A stretch of DNA of 64,000 bases. Source: an uncultured Gammaproteobacteria bacterium. GTDB taxonomy: Bacteria; Patescibacteriota; Microgenomatia; Levybacterales; GWA1-39-11. Numbering within the stretch: the stretch's first letter is position 1; each line of letters starts with the position of its first letter. The position numbers and the translations under genes were made by a program. Below, piece after piece: positions 48,549-58,328 of the stretch. Below the pieces are notes generated by a model, which searched no databases, was not told the DNA's origin, and was given only the letters and a program-made list of their open reading frames with translations. Location: positions 140,110 through 204,109 of the forward strand of contig CAYVKP010000001.1 in assembly GCA_964452165.1 (NCBI GenBank). Reading direction: 5' to 3'.

Positions 48549-49491
48549 TTTTATAAAACATTGGTATTACGTTCTAAAGTTACTTCGGCCAAGACAATGG
48601 ATCAAAAATGTCGCAATCTTTGCGGCAATTACTTTGGGAGGTCAGTTATTTGATCCGGTAGCTTTGCCAAAAGTTGTCCTGGGTTTTGTATCTTTTTGTT
48701 TTCTCTCTTCATCCACCTATATAATTAACGATTTGGTAGATATTGAAAAGGATAGGCTTCACCCCTTTAAAAAATCGAGGCCATTGGCAGCAAATCTCGT
48801 AAACAAAAATGAAGCGATATTTATTTTTGTAGTAATAATAGTGACGGCTTTGGTTTCGGCAAAAGCCATCAATAATGGCTTTTTCTTATTGGCAATTCTT
48901 TACCTAGTTCTTCAAGCGCTTTATTCATTTTCGTTTAAAAGCGTGGTGATATTTGATATTTTCTTTATTGCGGTTGGATACATATTGAGGGTTTTTTCAG
49001 GAGAATTGATAACCGGATATCATCTATCAGTATGGTTACTTTTAACAACAGTCTCCCTTTCTCTTTTCCTGGCAATCGGTAAAAGACGTTCGGAGCTAAC
49101 TTTATTGCGGTCCTACAAAGGAACGAGAATTGAGGAGATTAGAAAAAGTCTTTCACATTATTCTGAGGCGCTTTTAACCGTTTACACAATGATATTTGCA
49201 ACGTCAACTTTTATCTTTTACTCTTTGTTTACTTTTCTTGAGAATCCAACCGGAATTAAAATCTCTTTAAATGTACTTTTGCCTGATTTTCTTCCTTACT
49301 ATCTTCAGAGAAAATGGCTCATGATAACAATTGTACCCGTCGTCTACGGCTTAATGCGTTATCTTCAGGATATTTATGAAAAGCATGAAGGGGAAAGTCC
49401 TGATCGTGTTCTCCTTTCGGACAAGGCTCTACTTGCGTCAGTCATAGTCTGGGGTTTTCTGACCGTTGTAATAATTTATTTTATTGGCTAA
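48532..49491 (+). CDS. UbiA-family prenyltransferase, decaprenyl-phosphate phosphoribosyltransferase (DPPR synthase)-like
   Basis: 319 aa, about 8 TM; YIINDLVDIEKDRLHPFKKSRPLA, the Asp-rich UbiA motif in DPPR-synthase context. Confidence 0.6.
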   Translation: MKMQNSFIKHWYYVLKLLRPRQWIKNVAIFAAITLGGQLFDPVALPKVVLGFVSFCFLSSSTYIINDLVDIEKDRLHPFKKSRPLAANLVNKNEAIFIFVVIIVTALVSAKAINNGFFLLAILYLVLQALYSFSFKSVVIFDIFFIAVGYILRVFSGELITGYHLSVWLLLTTVSLSLFLAIGKRRSELTLLRSYKGTRIEEIRKSLSHYSEALLTVYTMIFATSTFIFYSLFTFLENPTGIKISLNVLLPDFLPYYLQRKWLMITIVPVVYGLMRYLQDIYEKHEGESPDRVLLSDKALLASVIVWGFLTVVIIYFIG

Positions 49492-49538
49492 ATTAATTTA
49501 ATCTGTCTCTATTAAGATTTTCTGCTACGCTTAACTAA

Positions 49539-50714
49539 GTGAAAGAAATTAGAAAAATCTACTTTGTGTATTTCTTTGCGGGATTATCCACAGCCGCCGG
49601 TGCTACTTTTACACTATATTTTCTTTCTCACGGCTTGAAACAAGTAGAAATCGGACAATTGTTTGGATTTTTTATGATTTGCCTTGCAATTTTCGACATT
49701 CCAACAGGAGGAATCGCAGATATGTTTGGCCACAAAGCATCTGTTGCTGTTGGGCTCTTCCTTCAGGGTTTAAGCTTCCTCATGTTCGTTCTTTATCCTG
49801 CTTTCTTTGGGTTTTTAATAGGAATGTTTTTTGGTGCACTCGGACTTGCGTTTCAATCAGGAGCAACGTCTTCTCTTATTTATGAACTGTTACACAAAGA
49901 AGGTCTTCGAGAAGATTTCCAAAAAGTTATTGGCCGTGCAAATGGATATTTTCTAGTTGCTTCAATCATTGCTGCTCCCATCGGTACATTTATTTATAAA
50001 TTTTATCCAAATATACCTTATCTTTTTGCCTTCTTTGTTTTTATCCCAGCAGCGCTTCTCATTTATCTCATAAAATGGGAATTTATAAAAAAACCACCAA
50101 AGTTTTCAAGCTATATAAAAACTATAACTGAAGGGACACGTCTAACAATTAAGAATCGCATTTTAATGTCAACGGTTATTATAGGTCTTGCGTTAACAGT
50201 CAGTCGCTTAGTTTTTAATCAAAATATTAGTCAGCCTTATGTTGTGAGTGTAGGAGTAGACGTAGCTTATATTGGTATTATTGCTGCAGTTATTTCAGCT
50301 GTTCAAGCGGTCATTTCAATAAATGCCTATAAAATTTCAAAAAGACTTGGCAAAAGTTTTTCCCTACTTCTGATTATTGGCTTACCGAGTTTTGCTCTTA
50401 TTCTCTTGAGTTTTATAGATTCTTTAATTGCAATTCCAGTTATGATCATCTTATTCATGGGACATGCTTTCAGGGATCCGGTGATGGCACATATTACACA
50501 AGACGAATTGGAAGAGGACAAAAGAAGCACAATGGCGTCAGCCACCAGTTTTTTAATAGGTATTAGTGGTGTAGTGCTTCCGTATTGGGGCAAAAGCATC
50601 GATATATTTGGGATACATAAGACACTTTTATTTTTAGGAACTTTTTCTTTTTCCGTTGGAGTCTTAGGATTTTTAATATTTAAAACGGCACGAAAGCCAC
50701 AATTTTCTCAGTAA
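49539..50714 (+). CDS. MFS-family transporter
   Basis: 391 aa, 12-TM pattern; GGIADMFGHK motif A-like loop. Confidence 0.6.
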   Translation: MKEIRKIYFVYFFAGLSTAAGATFTLYFLSHGLKQVEIGQLFGFFMICLAIFDIPTGGIADMFGHKASVAVGLFLQGLSFLMFVLYPAFFGFLIGMFFGALGLAFQSGATSSLIYELLHKEGLREDFQKVIGRANGYFLVASIIAAPIGTFIYKFYPNIPYLFAFFVFIPAALLIYLIKWEFIKKPPKFSSYIKTITEGTRLTIKNRILMSTVIIGLALTVSRLVFNQNISQPYVVSVGVDVAYIGIIAAVISAVQAVISINAYKISKRLGKSFSLLLIIGLPSFALILLSFIDSLIAIPVMIILFMGHAFRDPVMAHITQDELEEDKRSTMASATSFLIGISGVVLPYWGKSIDIFGIHKTLLFLGTFSFSVGVLGFLIFKTARKPQFSQ

Positions 50715-50715
50715 G

Positions 50716-51570
50716 TTATTGAGAGGTTTTCTGGGCGTAAGTTTTACTGATCCAACCACTTGTTCCATCTTTTAATTTAATTTCATACCAAGATTCATTT
50801 TCATCAACAAAAGGATAGCTTTCTCCGGGATTAACCTTGGCAACAATTTTTGCAACGGTTGAAGCCGTTTCCCTTACGTTAAGAAAACCCGTTGGAGTTT
50901 GTTTAATAGTAACAGTATTTTGTGCCACAACGGTTGGTGATATTGATGGAGTTGGGCTTTGCGCTGGACTTACTGTATCGCTTATATCCGATTGTGCTCC
51001 CAAAACGACATTTAATACGAGTCGGTAAGAACTAACAGCCCTAACTCTTATGGTTTTTTTGGAAAATCCCGCCTTCTCAAGTTCAACTTCATGTTCCGAC
51101 GCAGATAGGGAGTCTTGATATGGAGTTGCTCCAACGGAATTTCCATCAATTGACACAAGTGTTCCGTCAGGAACTGAGGCAATTAGGATCTGAGGAGTTG
51201 CCTTGGGTGATTTTTCAAGCGTCAAAGTGTAAGAGCTGGCAAGGCTCCCTGGTAGAAAAGTTCTTTCAACGGCTGTTAAGACTCCCGGATTTATATCAAT
51301 TTTTGCTGAAAAAGGATCCATTGTCTTATCATCGGGTACGATTTTAATATCGTGTTTACCTGCAGTAACAGTCTGATTTTGTTCGCAGAGACATAATGGG
51401 GTTGCTCCAACAGACTTATTGTCCAATAAAACAGTGGCTTTAATATTGGTAGTTATTTGGAGAGCTCCCTTTCCTACCGGTGAAAGACTTGCCGAAGCCA
51501 ATTTTATTAAAATGAGGATTCCTATTAGTATCAGTACAACTGCGCCAACAAGAATAACTCTCCTTTTCAT
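50716..51570 (-). CDS. Membrane-anchored PEGA-domain protein with C-terminal SH3b domain
   Basis: N-terminal TM; two PEGA-like repeats (ATVLLDNKSVGATP...; TLVSIDGNSVGATP...); C-terminal SH3b-like block (GFLNVRETASTVAKIVAKVNPGESYPF...WYEIKLKDGTSGWIS). Confidence 0.5.
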   Translation of the reverse strand: MKRRVILVGAVVLILIGILILIKLASASLSPVGKGALQITTNIKATVLLDNKSVGATPLCLCEQNQTVTAGKHDIKIVPDDKTMDPFSAKIDINPGVLTAVERTFLPGSLASSYTLTLEKSPKATPQILIASVPDGTLVSIDGNSVGATPYQDSLSASEHEVELEKAGFSKKTIRVRAVSSYRLVLNVVLGAQSDISDTVSPAQSPTPSISPTVVAQNTVTIKQTPTGFLNVRETASTVAKIVAKVNPGESYPFVDENESWYEIKLKDGTSGWISKTYAQKTSQ

Positions 51571-51603
51571 AGATTCTAATAATACCAGAAGAGCCGTTTA
51601 TTG

Positions 51604-53037
51604 TTAATCCCTAGCAAGTCGTGGGAAGAGAGCTTCGCCTGATTTAATTTTTCCTGAAAATTGCTTCAAAATCTTATCGGAAGTTTCAGGTAAAAAAGGT
51701 TTCAGGTTTGAAGCGATGACATATACGGCATGAGCAAGATCAGAGATTGATTTACGTGCTTGCTCACCTTCAAGTTTCCAAGGTTCGATTCGATTAATCT
51801 CCTGATCTACGGTTGCTATAAGTCCCCAAATAAATCCGAGAGCTTCATTAAAACTAAATTCTTCAAGTAAAGTCTTTACGTGAGGTTCCAAATCAGCCTG
51901 TTTTTTAGGAATCTCAACATCATTTTTTTCTGCAAGCTTGGCAACGCGTGAAACGAGATTTCCTAAACCATTGGAGAAATCAGAATTATAAATTTCCTTA
52001 AGTCTTCGTTCTGAAAAGTCACCATCACCGGTTGCTGGTATTTCTCGCAAGAAATAATAACGCAGGACGTCCGCTCCATATTTTTCTATCAACTCATTTG
52101 GATCAACGACATTTCCAAGACTTTTTGACATCTTCTGTCCGTCGACGGTGAAATAGCCATGCACGAATAATGATTTTGGAAGCTTGAGCCCGGCAGAAAG
52201 CAAGAAAGCAGGCCAGTAAATTGCGTGAAATTTTATAATTCCTTTCCCGATTACATGAATATCTGCAGGCCACCACTTATTATACTTTTGCTCGTTGAGC
52301 GTAAAACCTACCCCGCTTTGATATATGTTTAGAGCGTCGAACCAAACATACATACGCTGATTATTGTCGCCCGGGACCGGAACGCCCCAATCTTTTGCAC
52401 GCGCGTTGGATCTTGAGATGCTAATATCGCGAAGACCTTGTTTTAGGAATCCTAAGACCTCATTTTTCCTAAAATTCGGAATTATTTTAAGCTCATCTCT
52501 TTCAATAATTCTACGAATGTCCTCTTCATATTTAGACAATTTAAAGAAATAGTTTTCCTCTTTTACTTCCTCAAGTTTTTTGCCTGGGTGTTCAAAGCAC
52601 TCGCCTTTTTCATTTAGTTCCTCCGGTTCATAAAAAGATTCACAGCCAACACAATAAAGACCTGAATACTCCTTCTTATAAATATCTTTAGAACATAACT
52701 CCCAGAGCTTTTTTGAAGATTCAAAATGTTCCGGATTGCTTCCTCTTTGAAAAACGTCAAACTTGATGTTCAAATTTTTGGCAAGACTCTCAAAGAGATT
52801 GCTATTTTTATCTACAAATTCCTGAACTGGAATTCCTGCCTTTTCTGCCGCCTGAACATTTTTTAGTGCGTTCTCGTCTCCTCCTGAAAGAAGCAAGGTC
52901 TCATCCCCCAAAATATCATGGTAGCGCCTTATCACATCAGCCTGCACAAATTCAAGAGCATGACCTACGTGAGGCGGCGCATTAACATAAGGAATAGCAG
53001 TGGTTAAATAAAACTTATTCATGGTTAGATCCTCCAA
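51604..53037 (-). CDS. metG: Methionyl-tRNA synthetase (core enzyme, no C-terminal tRNA-binding extension)
   Basis: FYLTTAIPYVNAPPHVGHALEF (the class I HIGH region), the KMSKSLGNVVDP (KMSKS) motif, and Zn knuckle CVGC...C. The start may instead be the Met at 53022 (MNKFYL). Confidence 0.9.
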   Translation of the reverse strand: MEDLTMNKFYLTTAIPYVNAPPHVGHALEFVQADVIRRYHDILGDETLLLSGGDENALKNVQAAEKAGIPVQEFVDKNSNLFESLAKNLNIKFDVFQRGSNPEHFESSKKLWELCSKDIYKKEYSGLYCVGCESFYEPEELNEKGECFEHPGKKLEEVKEENYFFKLSKYEEDIRRIIERDELKIIPNFRKNEVLGFLKQGLRDISISRSNARAKDWGVPVPGDNNQRMYVWFDALNIYQSGVGFTLNEQKYNKWWPADIHVIGKGIIKFHAIYWPAFLLSAGLKLPKSLFVHGYFTVDGQKMSKSLGNVVDPNELIEKYGADVLRYYFLREIPATGDGDFSERRLKEIYNSDFSNGLGNLVSRVAKLAEKNDVEIPKKQADLEPHVKTLLEEFSFNEALGFIWGLIATVDQEINRIEPWKLEGEQARKSISDLAHAVYVIASNLKPFLPETSDKILKQFSGKIKSGEALFPRLARD

Positions 53038-53509
53038 TTCTTGCCGTTCGACTTCGGGAACTATTCGTTCACGTCTCCCGGAGCGAATTTAGGCGGACTA
53101 AGCAATTTTAACAGAGGTCGGCTTACCAAACAAGGCTAGGTGGTTCGTCTGCTATACATAAATTCGATTAGCAAAATTATTACCAAAAAAATTCCTGCTT
53201 GGAAAATACTGCGTAAACCAAAAGACCTTAGGGTTAATAGCCCTGTCAGAAACGTGGAAGCAAGCAACCCCCTTCTTTTATTTGCAAACAAAAAAGTGAA
53301 TAAAAAAAAGAATAAAAGGAATAATAAAATGAAAAAAGGAAAAGTAGAAGGAATACTTACACCCGGGAGTTGAATTTGTCCGCCCGGATTAACTAAAAAA
53401 ACGTAAAGAAAAAGGGGGAATAGGGTTGCCGCAAAAAAATATAAAAACGGTAAAAATTTTCTCTGCGCTCGCATCCATATAGATTATCATAAAAATCCTC
53501 ACTAAACTC

Positions 53510-53538
53510 TTGACATAATTTAGCAGTCGTGATATATT
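53510..53538 (+). promoter_or_regulatory. Sigma70-type promoter of the hrcA-grpE-dnaK operon (TTGACA-17-TATATT)
   Basis: TTGACA 53510..53515, 17-nt spacer, TATATT 53533..53538; 30 nt upstream of the hrcA ATG. Confidence 0.5.
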
Positions 53539-53546
53539 ATTGCTAA
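53520..53546 (+). promoter_or_regulatory. CIRCE-like HrcA operator (TTAGCAGTC-N9-TATTGCTAA)
   Basis: A 9-N9-9 inverted repeat with conserved TTAGCA...TGCTAA arms (consensus TTAGCACTC-N9-GAGTGCTAA). It overlaps the spacer and -10 of the hrcA promoter. Confidence 0.5.
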
Positions 53547-53568
53547 TCAAAAAAATTAAGAATTTACT

Positions 53569-54294
53569 ATGTACGATTTAACAACCCGACAAATTGATAT
53601 TTTAAAAAATATTGTTCACGAATACATAGATACTGCAGAAGCTGTGGGTTCGGAGACCTTGGAAAAGAAATATGATCTTGGTGTATCTCCCGCAACGATT
53701 AGGAATGAAATGGCCGAGATGGTAAAGCTTGGATATTTATCAAAACCTCATTCTTCGGCAGGCAGGATTCCTACAAGTAAGGCAATAAAATTCTATATTA
53801 ATGAGCTCATGAAAGAAAAAGAGCTCTCAGTTGCTGAAGAGGTTGAGGCAAAAGAAAAGATCTGGGATCTTCGCGAGACAAGGGATCGCTTTTTGCGAGA
53901 AGCCACAAAAAATTTGGCCGCCAAAACCCGAACTCTTGCTGTTACTTTTACAGATGAAGGGGATGTATATTACTCAGGTTACTCAAATATTTTAGAGATG
54001 CCTGAATTTTACGATATAGATATTACAAAAAATCTGTTAAATATTCTTGACAACACAGCCTATCTGGATAGAATAATGAGTAGGCTTGAACAGGAGTGTT
54101 CAGTGTTTCTTGAAGATGATTTCAACGATGAGGAAGCCTTCAGGCCTTACGGTTTTGTCTTCTCAAGATTTCAAACTCGTGGTAAGCATGCCGGATCAAT
54201 CGGAGTAATTGGCCCTACAAGAATGCAATACGAGCTTGTTATTCCAATAGTCCGCTATTTCGGAAGTTTGCTTGGTGAAGTTGCAGATTGGTAA
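53569..54294 (+). CDS. hrcA: Heat-inducible transcription repressor HrcA (short form)
   Basis: LTTRQIDILKNIVHEYIDTAEAVGSETL...GVSPATIRNEMAEMVKLGYLSKPHSSAGRIPT winged-helix N-terminus of HrcA; 241 aa. Confidence 0.85.
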   Translation: MYDLTTRQIDILKNIVHEYIDTAEAVGSETLEKKYDLGVSPATIRNEMAEMVKLGYLSKPHSSAGRIPTSKAIKFYINELMKEKELSVAEEVEAKEKIWDLRETRDRFLREATKNLAAKTRTLAVTFTDEGDVYYSGYSNILEMPEFYDIDITKNLLNILDNTAYLDRIMSRLEQECSVFLEDDFNDEEAFRPYGFVFSRFQTRGKHAGSIGVIGPTRMQYELVIPIVRYFGSLLGEVADW

Positions 54295-54803
54295 AAATGA
54301 ATGATAATGACGACAAAGTCCAGGAAGAACAAGTAGATCAAGATTTGAAAAAATCTGATTTAAAAAAATCGAAAAAGAAGAACGAAGAAGTAGAGAAGTT
54401 AAAAGAAAAAGTTACGGACCTTGAAAATCAATTAGCTAGAGCAGTTGCAGACTATAGAAATCTTGAAAAGAGGTTTGATGAAGAGAAACGTGAATACGTA
54501 AAGTTTGCAAACCGGGAATTACTGAGTAGACTTATTCCTGCATTCGACACTTTATTTTTAGCAGAAAAGTTTATAGTGGATGAGGGAATAAAGCTAACGG
54601 TAAGGCACTTGCACGACGTCTTGAGAGATGTCGGAGTTGAAAGGGTGAAGACGGACGGGGAGATGTTTGATCCGGAGAAAATGGAAGTTGTTACAACTGA
54701 AACCGGCGAAGAAGGAAAGGTTTTGGAAGAATTAAGACCCGGATATATCCTGAATGGAAAATTAGTCCGTCCGGCACAAGTAAAGGTAGGCAAAAAAGTC
54801 TAA
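54288..54803 (+). CDS. grpE: Nucleotide exchange factor GrpE
   Basis: Coiled-coil N-terminus, then RAVADYRNLEKRFDEEKREYVKFANRELLSRLIPAFDTL and a C-terminal beta-domain. Confidence 0.9.
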   Translation: MVKMNDNDDKVQEEQVDQDLKKSDLKKSKKKNEEVEKLKEKVTDLENQLARAVADYRNLEKRFDEEKREYVKFANRELLSRLIPAFDTLFLAEKFIVDEGIKLTVRHLHDVLRDVGVERVKTDGEMFDPEKMEVVTTETGEEGKVLEELRPGYILNGKLVRPAQVKVGKKV

Positions 54804-54838
54804 TTGAAAAAAATAATTTTTAGTTTAATATAAACAAT

Positions 54839-56752
54839 ATGGCAAAAATAATTGGAATAGATTTAGGAACAACAAATTCATGCGTTGCGGTAATGGAGGG
54901 AGGATCTCCCAAGGTTATCTTCTCAGCAGAAGGCCGCAACGTAACGCCATCGGTTGTGGATCCCGTAGAGCGTGTTGTGGGTGATGTGGCAAAGCGCCAA
55001 ATGGTTCTTAAGCCAAAGAGAATAATTTATTCTATCAAGCGATTGATGGGGCGCCGTGCAAATGATCCCGAGGTTGACCGCGACAAAAAACTTCTTCCAT
55101 ATGTAATCAAATCCGGAAAAGAAGGTGCCGCGGTAGTTGAGGTTGAAGGGAAGGTTTACACACCTCAAGAAGTCTCCGCTATGATTTTGCAAAAATTGAA
55201 GAGCGATGCTGAAAGTTATCTTGGTGACAAAGTTAATCAAGCAGTTATTACCGTTCCTGCTTATTTTGATGACGCACAACGCCAGGCAACCAAACAAGCA
55301 GGAGAAATAGCCGGACTTGAAGTCTTACGTATTATTAATGAACCGACAGCAGCAGCACTTGCTTACGGACTCGATAAAAAACACGCCCATACAATAGCAG
55401 TTTATGATCTTGGTGGAGGTACATTTGATATCTCAATTCTCGAACTCGGAGAAGGAGTTTACGAAGTCAAGGCAACCAACGGTGATACTCATCTTGGAGG
55501 AGATGACTTTGATCAGGTCATAATAAATCACATTGCAGACGAATTTAAAAAGGAACACGGAGTAGATTTGCGCTCCGACTCACAAGCACTTCAAAGACTT
55601 AAGGAAGCAGCTGAAAAAGCCAAGATAGAATTGTCGAGTTCAACTGAGGCAGAGATTAATCAGCCGTTCATAACTCAAGGATCCTCAGGGCCTCTCCACT
55701 TAACTATGAAATTGACCCGTGCCAAACTAGAGAGCCTAGTTGATGGACTTGTCCAAAAAACTTTGGACCCGGTAAAAGCAGCCTTGAAAGATTCAGGAAT
55801 GGATAAAAGCAAGGTTGATGAGGTTATTCTTGTTGGTGGAATGACGAGGATGCCAAAGATCGTCGAGACCGTTACGCAGTTTTTCGGCAAAGAACCTAAT
55901 AAATCCGTTAACCCCGACGAGGTTGTTGCTGTTGGAGCTGCGGTCCAGGCAGGAGTATTGGGCGGCGAGGTTAAGGATGTCTTGCTTCTTGACGTTACAC
56001 CTCTAACCCTTGGTCTCGAGACTCTCGGAGGAGTTGCTACTCCTCTTATTGAGCGAAACACTACGGTTCCCACAAAGAAATCTCAAGTATTTTCGACTGC
56101 CGCTGACAATCAGACTCAAGTTGAAATAAATGTTGTTCAAGGAGAGCGTCCTATGGCTATGGATAATAAATCTCTAGGCCGTTTTATCCTTGATGGAATT
56201 CCACCGGCACCCCGTGGTGTTCCACAAGTTGAGGTCACTTTTGATATTGACGCATCTGGACTTTTGTCAGTCACCGCAAAAGATAAAGCTACAGGAAAAG
56301 AACAATCAATTAAAATAACAGGTTCAACTGGACTTTCGAAAGAAGAAGTTGAAGAGATGACAAAGCAAGCTGAAATGCACGCTGAAGAAGATGCAAAGAA
56401 AAAAGAGGTAGTAGATGTTAAAAATTCGGCCGATGCTCTCATCTTTACGGCCGAAAAATCACTTAAAGATATGGGTGACAAAGTAAAAGAAGAGGACAAG
56501 AAGGAAGTCGAAGAAAAGATTAAAGCACTGAAAGACGTTAAGGATAAAGATGACAAAGATGAAATTGAAAACAAAACAAAAGAACTATCAGAAGCTCTTC
56601 AAAAGGTAGGCGAACAAATGTATAAGGCGGGTTCGGAAGCTTCTGAGAGCACACCCGCTTCAGATAAATCGGAAAACGCAGAAAAGACAGAAGAAACCGG
56701 CAAGTCTAAGGAAGACAAGAAAGAAGCAGAAGAAGGCGAAGTAGTTAACTAA
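54839..56752 (+). CDS. dnaK: Molecular chaperone DnaK (Hsp70)
   Basis: [39 protein letters not shown]; acidic EEGEVVN C-terminus. Confidence 0.97.
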   Translation: MAKIIGIDLGTTNSCVAVMEGGSPKVIFSAEGRNVTPSVVDPVERVVGDVAKRQMVLKPKRIIYSIKRLMGRRANDPEVDRDKKLLPYVIKSGKEGAAVVEVEGKVYTPQEVSAMILQKLKSDAESYLGDKVNQAVITVPAYFDDAQRQATKQAGEIAGLEVLRIINEPTAAALAYGLDKKHAHTIAVYDLGGGTFDISILELGEGVYEVKATNGDTHLGGDDFDQVIINHIADEFKKEHGVDLRSDSQALQRLKEAAEKAKIELSSSTEAEINQPFITQGSSGPLHLTMKLTRAKLESLVDGLVQKTLDPVKAALKDSGMDKSKVDEVILVGGMTRMPKIVETVTQFFGKEPNKSVNPDEVVAVGAAVQAGVLGGEVKDVLLLDVTPLTLGLETLGGVATPLIERNTTVPTKKSQVFSTAADNQTQVEINVVQGERPMAMDNKSLGRFILDGIPPAPRGVPQVEVTFDIDASGLLSVTAKDKATGKEQSIKITGSTGLSKEEVEEMTKQAEMHAEEDAKKKEVVDVKNSADALIFTAEKSLKDMGDKVKEEDKKEVEEKIKALKDVKDKDDKDEIENKTKELSEALQKVGEQMYKAGSEASESTPASDKSENAEKTEETGKSKEDKKEAEEGEVVN

Positions 56753-56833
56753 TTTCAGCCCCTCCTAAATCCAAAAATTTTTTAAACCCAGCCTTTGCTA
56801 ACTATAGGATTTATTTGATATAATATCAAGCCT

Positions 56834-57862
56834 ATGGTAACAGAAACTCCTCGAGTAGAGGCGGAAAAAGATTTCATGCGCTGGAAGCATGCAGTGGGTT
56901 TGCCGCAGGAATTTCCCAAAATGCACGCCCTTGATACACGCGACTTCACAGATTTGGAAAGAGGTCGATTTTACTACGATCCATTTGGGCTTGATGGTTT
57001 TCAAGCCTTGACTCTAGATGAACGACATCCAAAAATAGCACTCTTGATACCAAGAGGCCAAGGTGCAACGACAACGCGGGATTATATGCTTGCCCAAAAA
57101 AACAGAAGAGTATTTTCTATCGGCTTATCAGTTGATGACGTTGCAACAGGCGATGCTACATTTACAGAGACACTTGCAGAACGAGTTAGGCTGTCATTAG
57201 CAACTCAAGCGTTTGTGGATATAGGTCAGATTACTGATGCTTATCAGACAACGTTGGGGCGCGCTAATAGGAGGCATTATCAAAAAGCCAGAGATCGATT
57301 GCAGCTTAGATATGATTGGTCTTCTGAGGCAAGAAAAGACGTTCCTACAACCCCGCTTACACTGGAAGAATTAGTCGGTATCACCAAAGAATTTTACGGT
57401 AAGGACGGCCGCGACAGAAGCGTTTTATTGCATATTGATCTTTCTTCCCCGCTCGCTTATGAAGAAAACCCCCAGGCATACAAAGATGCGTTAAGTCGTA
57501 CTACAGCTACACTTGCTCAGCTACATGATATTGCAAAAGATGAGGGTTTTATACGCGAAGCATATTATGGGAGTTCAACTGCTTTAGATTTAATTGAAGA
57601 CGCAGACCATAAGCTTATTGTTCCTCAAATAAATTACCATCCAATTAATCCTTTAACCATGCAAATGATTCTGGAAAAACAATATCCCGGAAAACTAGAT
57701 GACCGTGGGGTTATTAGACGAGTGCCTTTGTGGTTGGCTATAGATCAAGGATTGCTTACCCAGCATATCAGTCCGAATAAGGGGATAAACGAAACGATGC
57801 GGCTTTTTGAAGAGACTTTAATTGAAAAATGCGTAGGCGTTGTGGCTCCTCGTTGGAAATAG
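56834..57862 (+). CDS. Hypothetical protein (342 aa; Arg/Thr/Leu-rich, atypical composition) preceding the T4SS-like pilin/VirB6 pair
   Basis: Long ORF with no recognisable motif and no TM; GC content visibly above the local norm. Confidence 0.4.
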   Translation: MVTETPRVEAEKDFMRWKHAVGLPQEFPKMHALDTRDFTDLERGRFYYDPFGLDGFQALTLDERHPKIALLIPRGQGATTTRDYMLAQKNRRVFSIGLSVDDVATGDATFTETLAERVRLSLATQAFVDIGQITDAYQTTLGRANRRHYQKARDRLQLRYDWSSEARKDVPTTPLTLEELVGITKEFYGKDGRDRSVLLHIDLSSPLAYEENPQAYKDALSRTTATLAQLHDIAKDEGFIREAYYGSSTALDLIEDADHKLIVPQINYHPINPLTMQMILEKQYPGKLDDRGVIRRVPLWLAIDQGLLTQHISPNKGINETMRLFEETLIEKCVGVVAPRWK

Positions 57863-57891
57863 CAAGCTGTTTGTTTCTTCCGTCCCCTTGT

Positions 57892-57920
57892 TTGACACTA
57901 ATCAATTTGGTACGATAATT
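57892..57920 (+). promoter_or_regulatory. Strong sigma70-type promoter upstream of the pilin-like gene (TTGACA-17-ATAATT)
   Basis: TTGACA 57892..57897; ATAATT 57915..57920. The -10 ends 2 nt before the annotated ATG, so the true start codon may be the downstream Met at 57947. Confidence 0.45.
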
Positions 57921-57922
57921 GT

Positions 57923-58327
57923 ATGCCGTTACGCACGGCAACTTTTATGATGAAGAAACTGCCCGGTTTTATTTCAGCGATTTTTGTATCAGCGATTATT
58001 CTTCTTTCTTTTCCATCAGTTTCATTCGCACAAACCGCTCCTCCTTGTGACGGACAGGTCACGGACTTTGGCTGTTTACCTGCAGATCCTCTAAAATTCG
58101 TTGAGCAGATTTATACCTGGGGATTAATGTTAATTGGTTCGGTTGCCGTACTGTTTCTTATAATAGGCGGGTATTATATTATGACTTCACGTGGAAATAC
58201 TCAGCAGCTTGAGCGTGGAAAATCTTTCATTTTTTATTCTTTGGCCGGAGTTTTCCTGGGTGTTCTGGGTTTTGTTTTTATAGAAATAGTTACAGGTCAA
58301 ATTCTTAAGATTCCAGGTTTTTCTTAA
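57923..58327 (+). CDS. VirB2/TrbC-like type IV secretion pilin
   Basis: Signal peptide ending ...SVSFA|QT; the mature part has two hydrophobic helices separated by a basic loop (TSRGNTQQLERGKS), the canonical T-pilin topology; about 100-aa mature size. Confidence 0.5.
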   Translation: MPLRTATFMMKKLPGFISAIFVSAIILLSFPSVSFAQTAPPCDGQVTDFGCLPADPLKFVEQIYTWGLMLIGSVAVLFLIIGGYYIMTSRGNTQQLERGKSFIFYSLAGVFLGVLGFVFIEIVTGQILKIPGFS

Positions 58328-58328
58328 C

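Noticed and set aside
53221-53290. Possible SRP RNA domain IV-like motif (GUCAG...GGAAG.AAGCA.CC resembling GUCAGGUCCGGAAGGAAGCAGCC)
   Set aside because: The segment does not fold into the required GGAA/GNRA-capped helix with symmetric internal loops, and no complementary 3' strand was found. This is sequence resemblance only.
53355-53390. CCCGGGAG...CGCCCGGAUUA resembling the RNase P P4 strands
   Set aside because: The two strands are about 20 nt apart, whereas P4 strands are separated by several hundred nt. No other RNase P conserved regions are nearby, and the intergenic space is too small.
53136-53474. 112-aa Phe/Leu-rich 'membrane protein' ORF (and the + strand 77-aa Lys-rich ORF 53140..53373)
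   Set aside because: Both are translations of a poly-A/poly-T low-complexity intergenic tract (AAA to Lys, TTT to Phe). There is no RBS context and the complementary frames are mirror images. Most likely non-coding.
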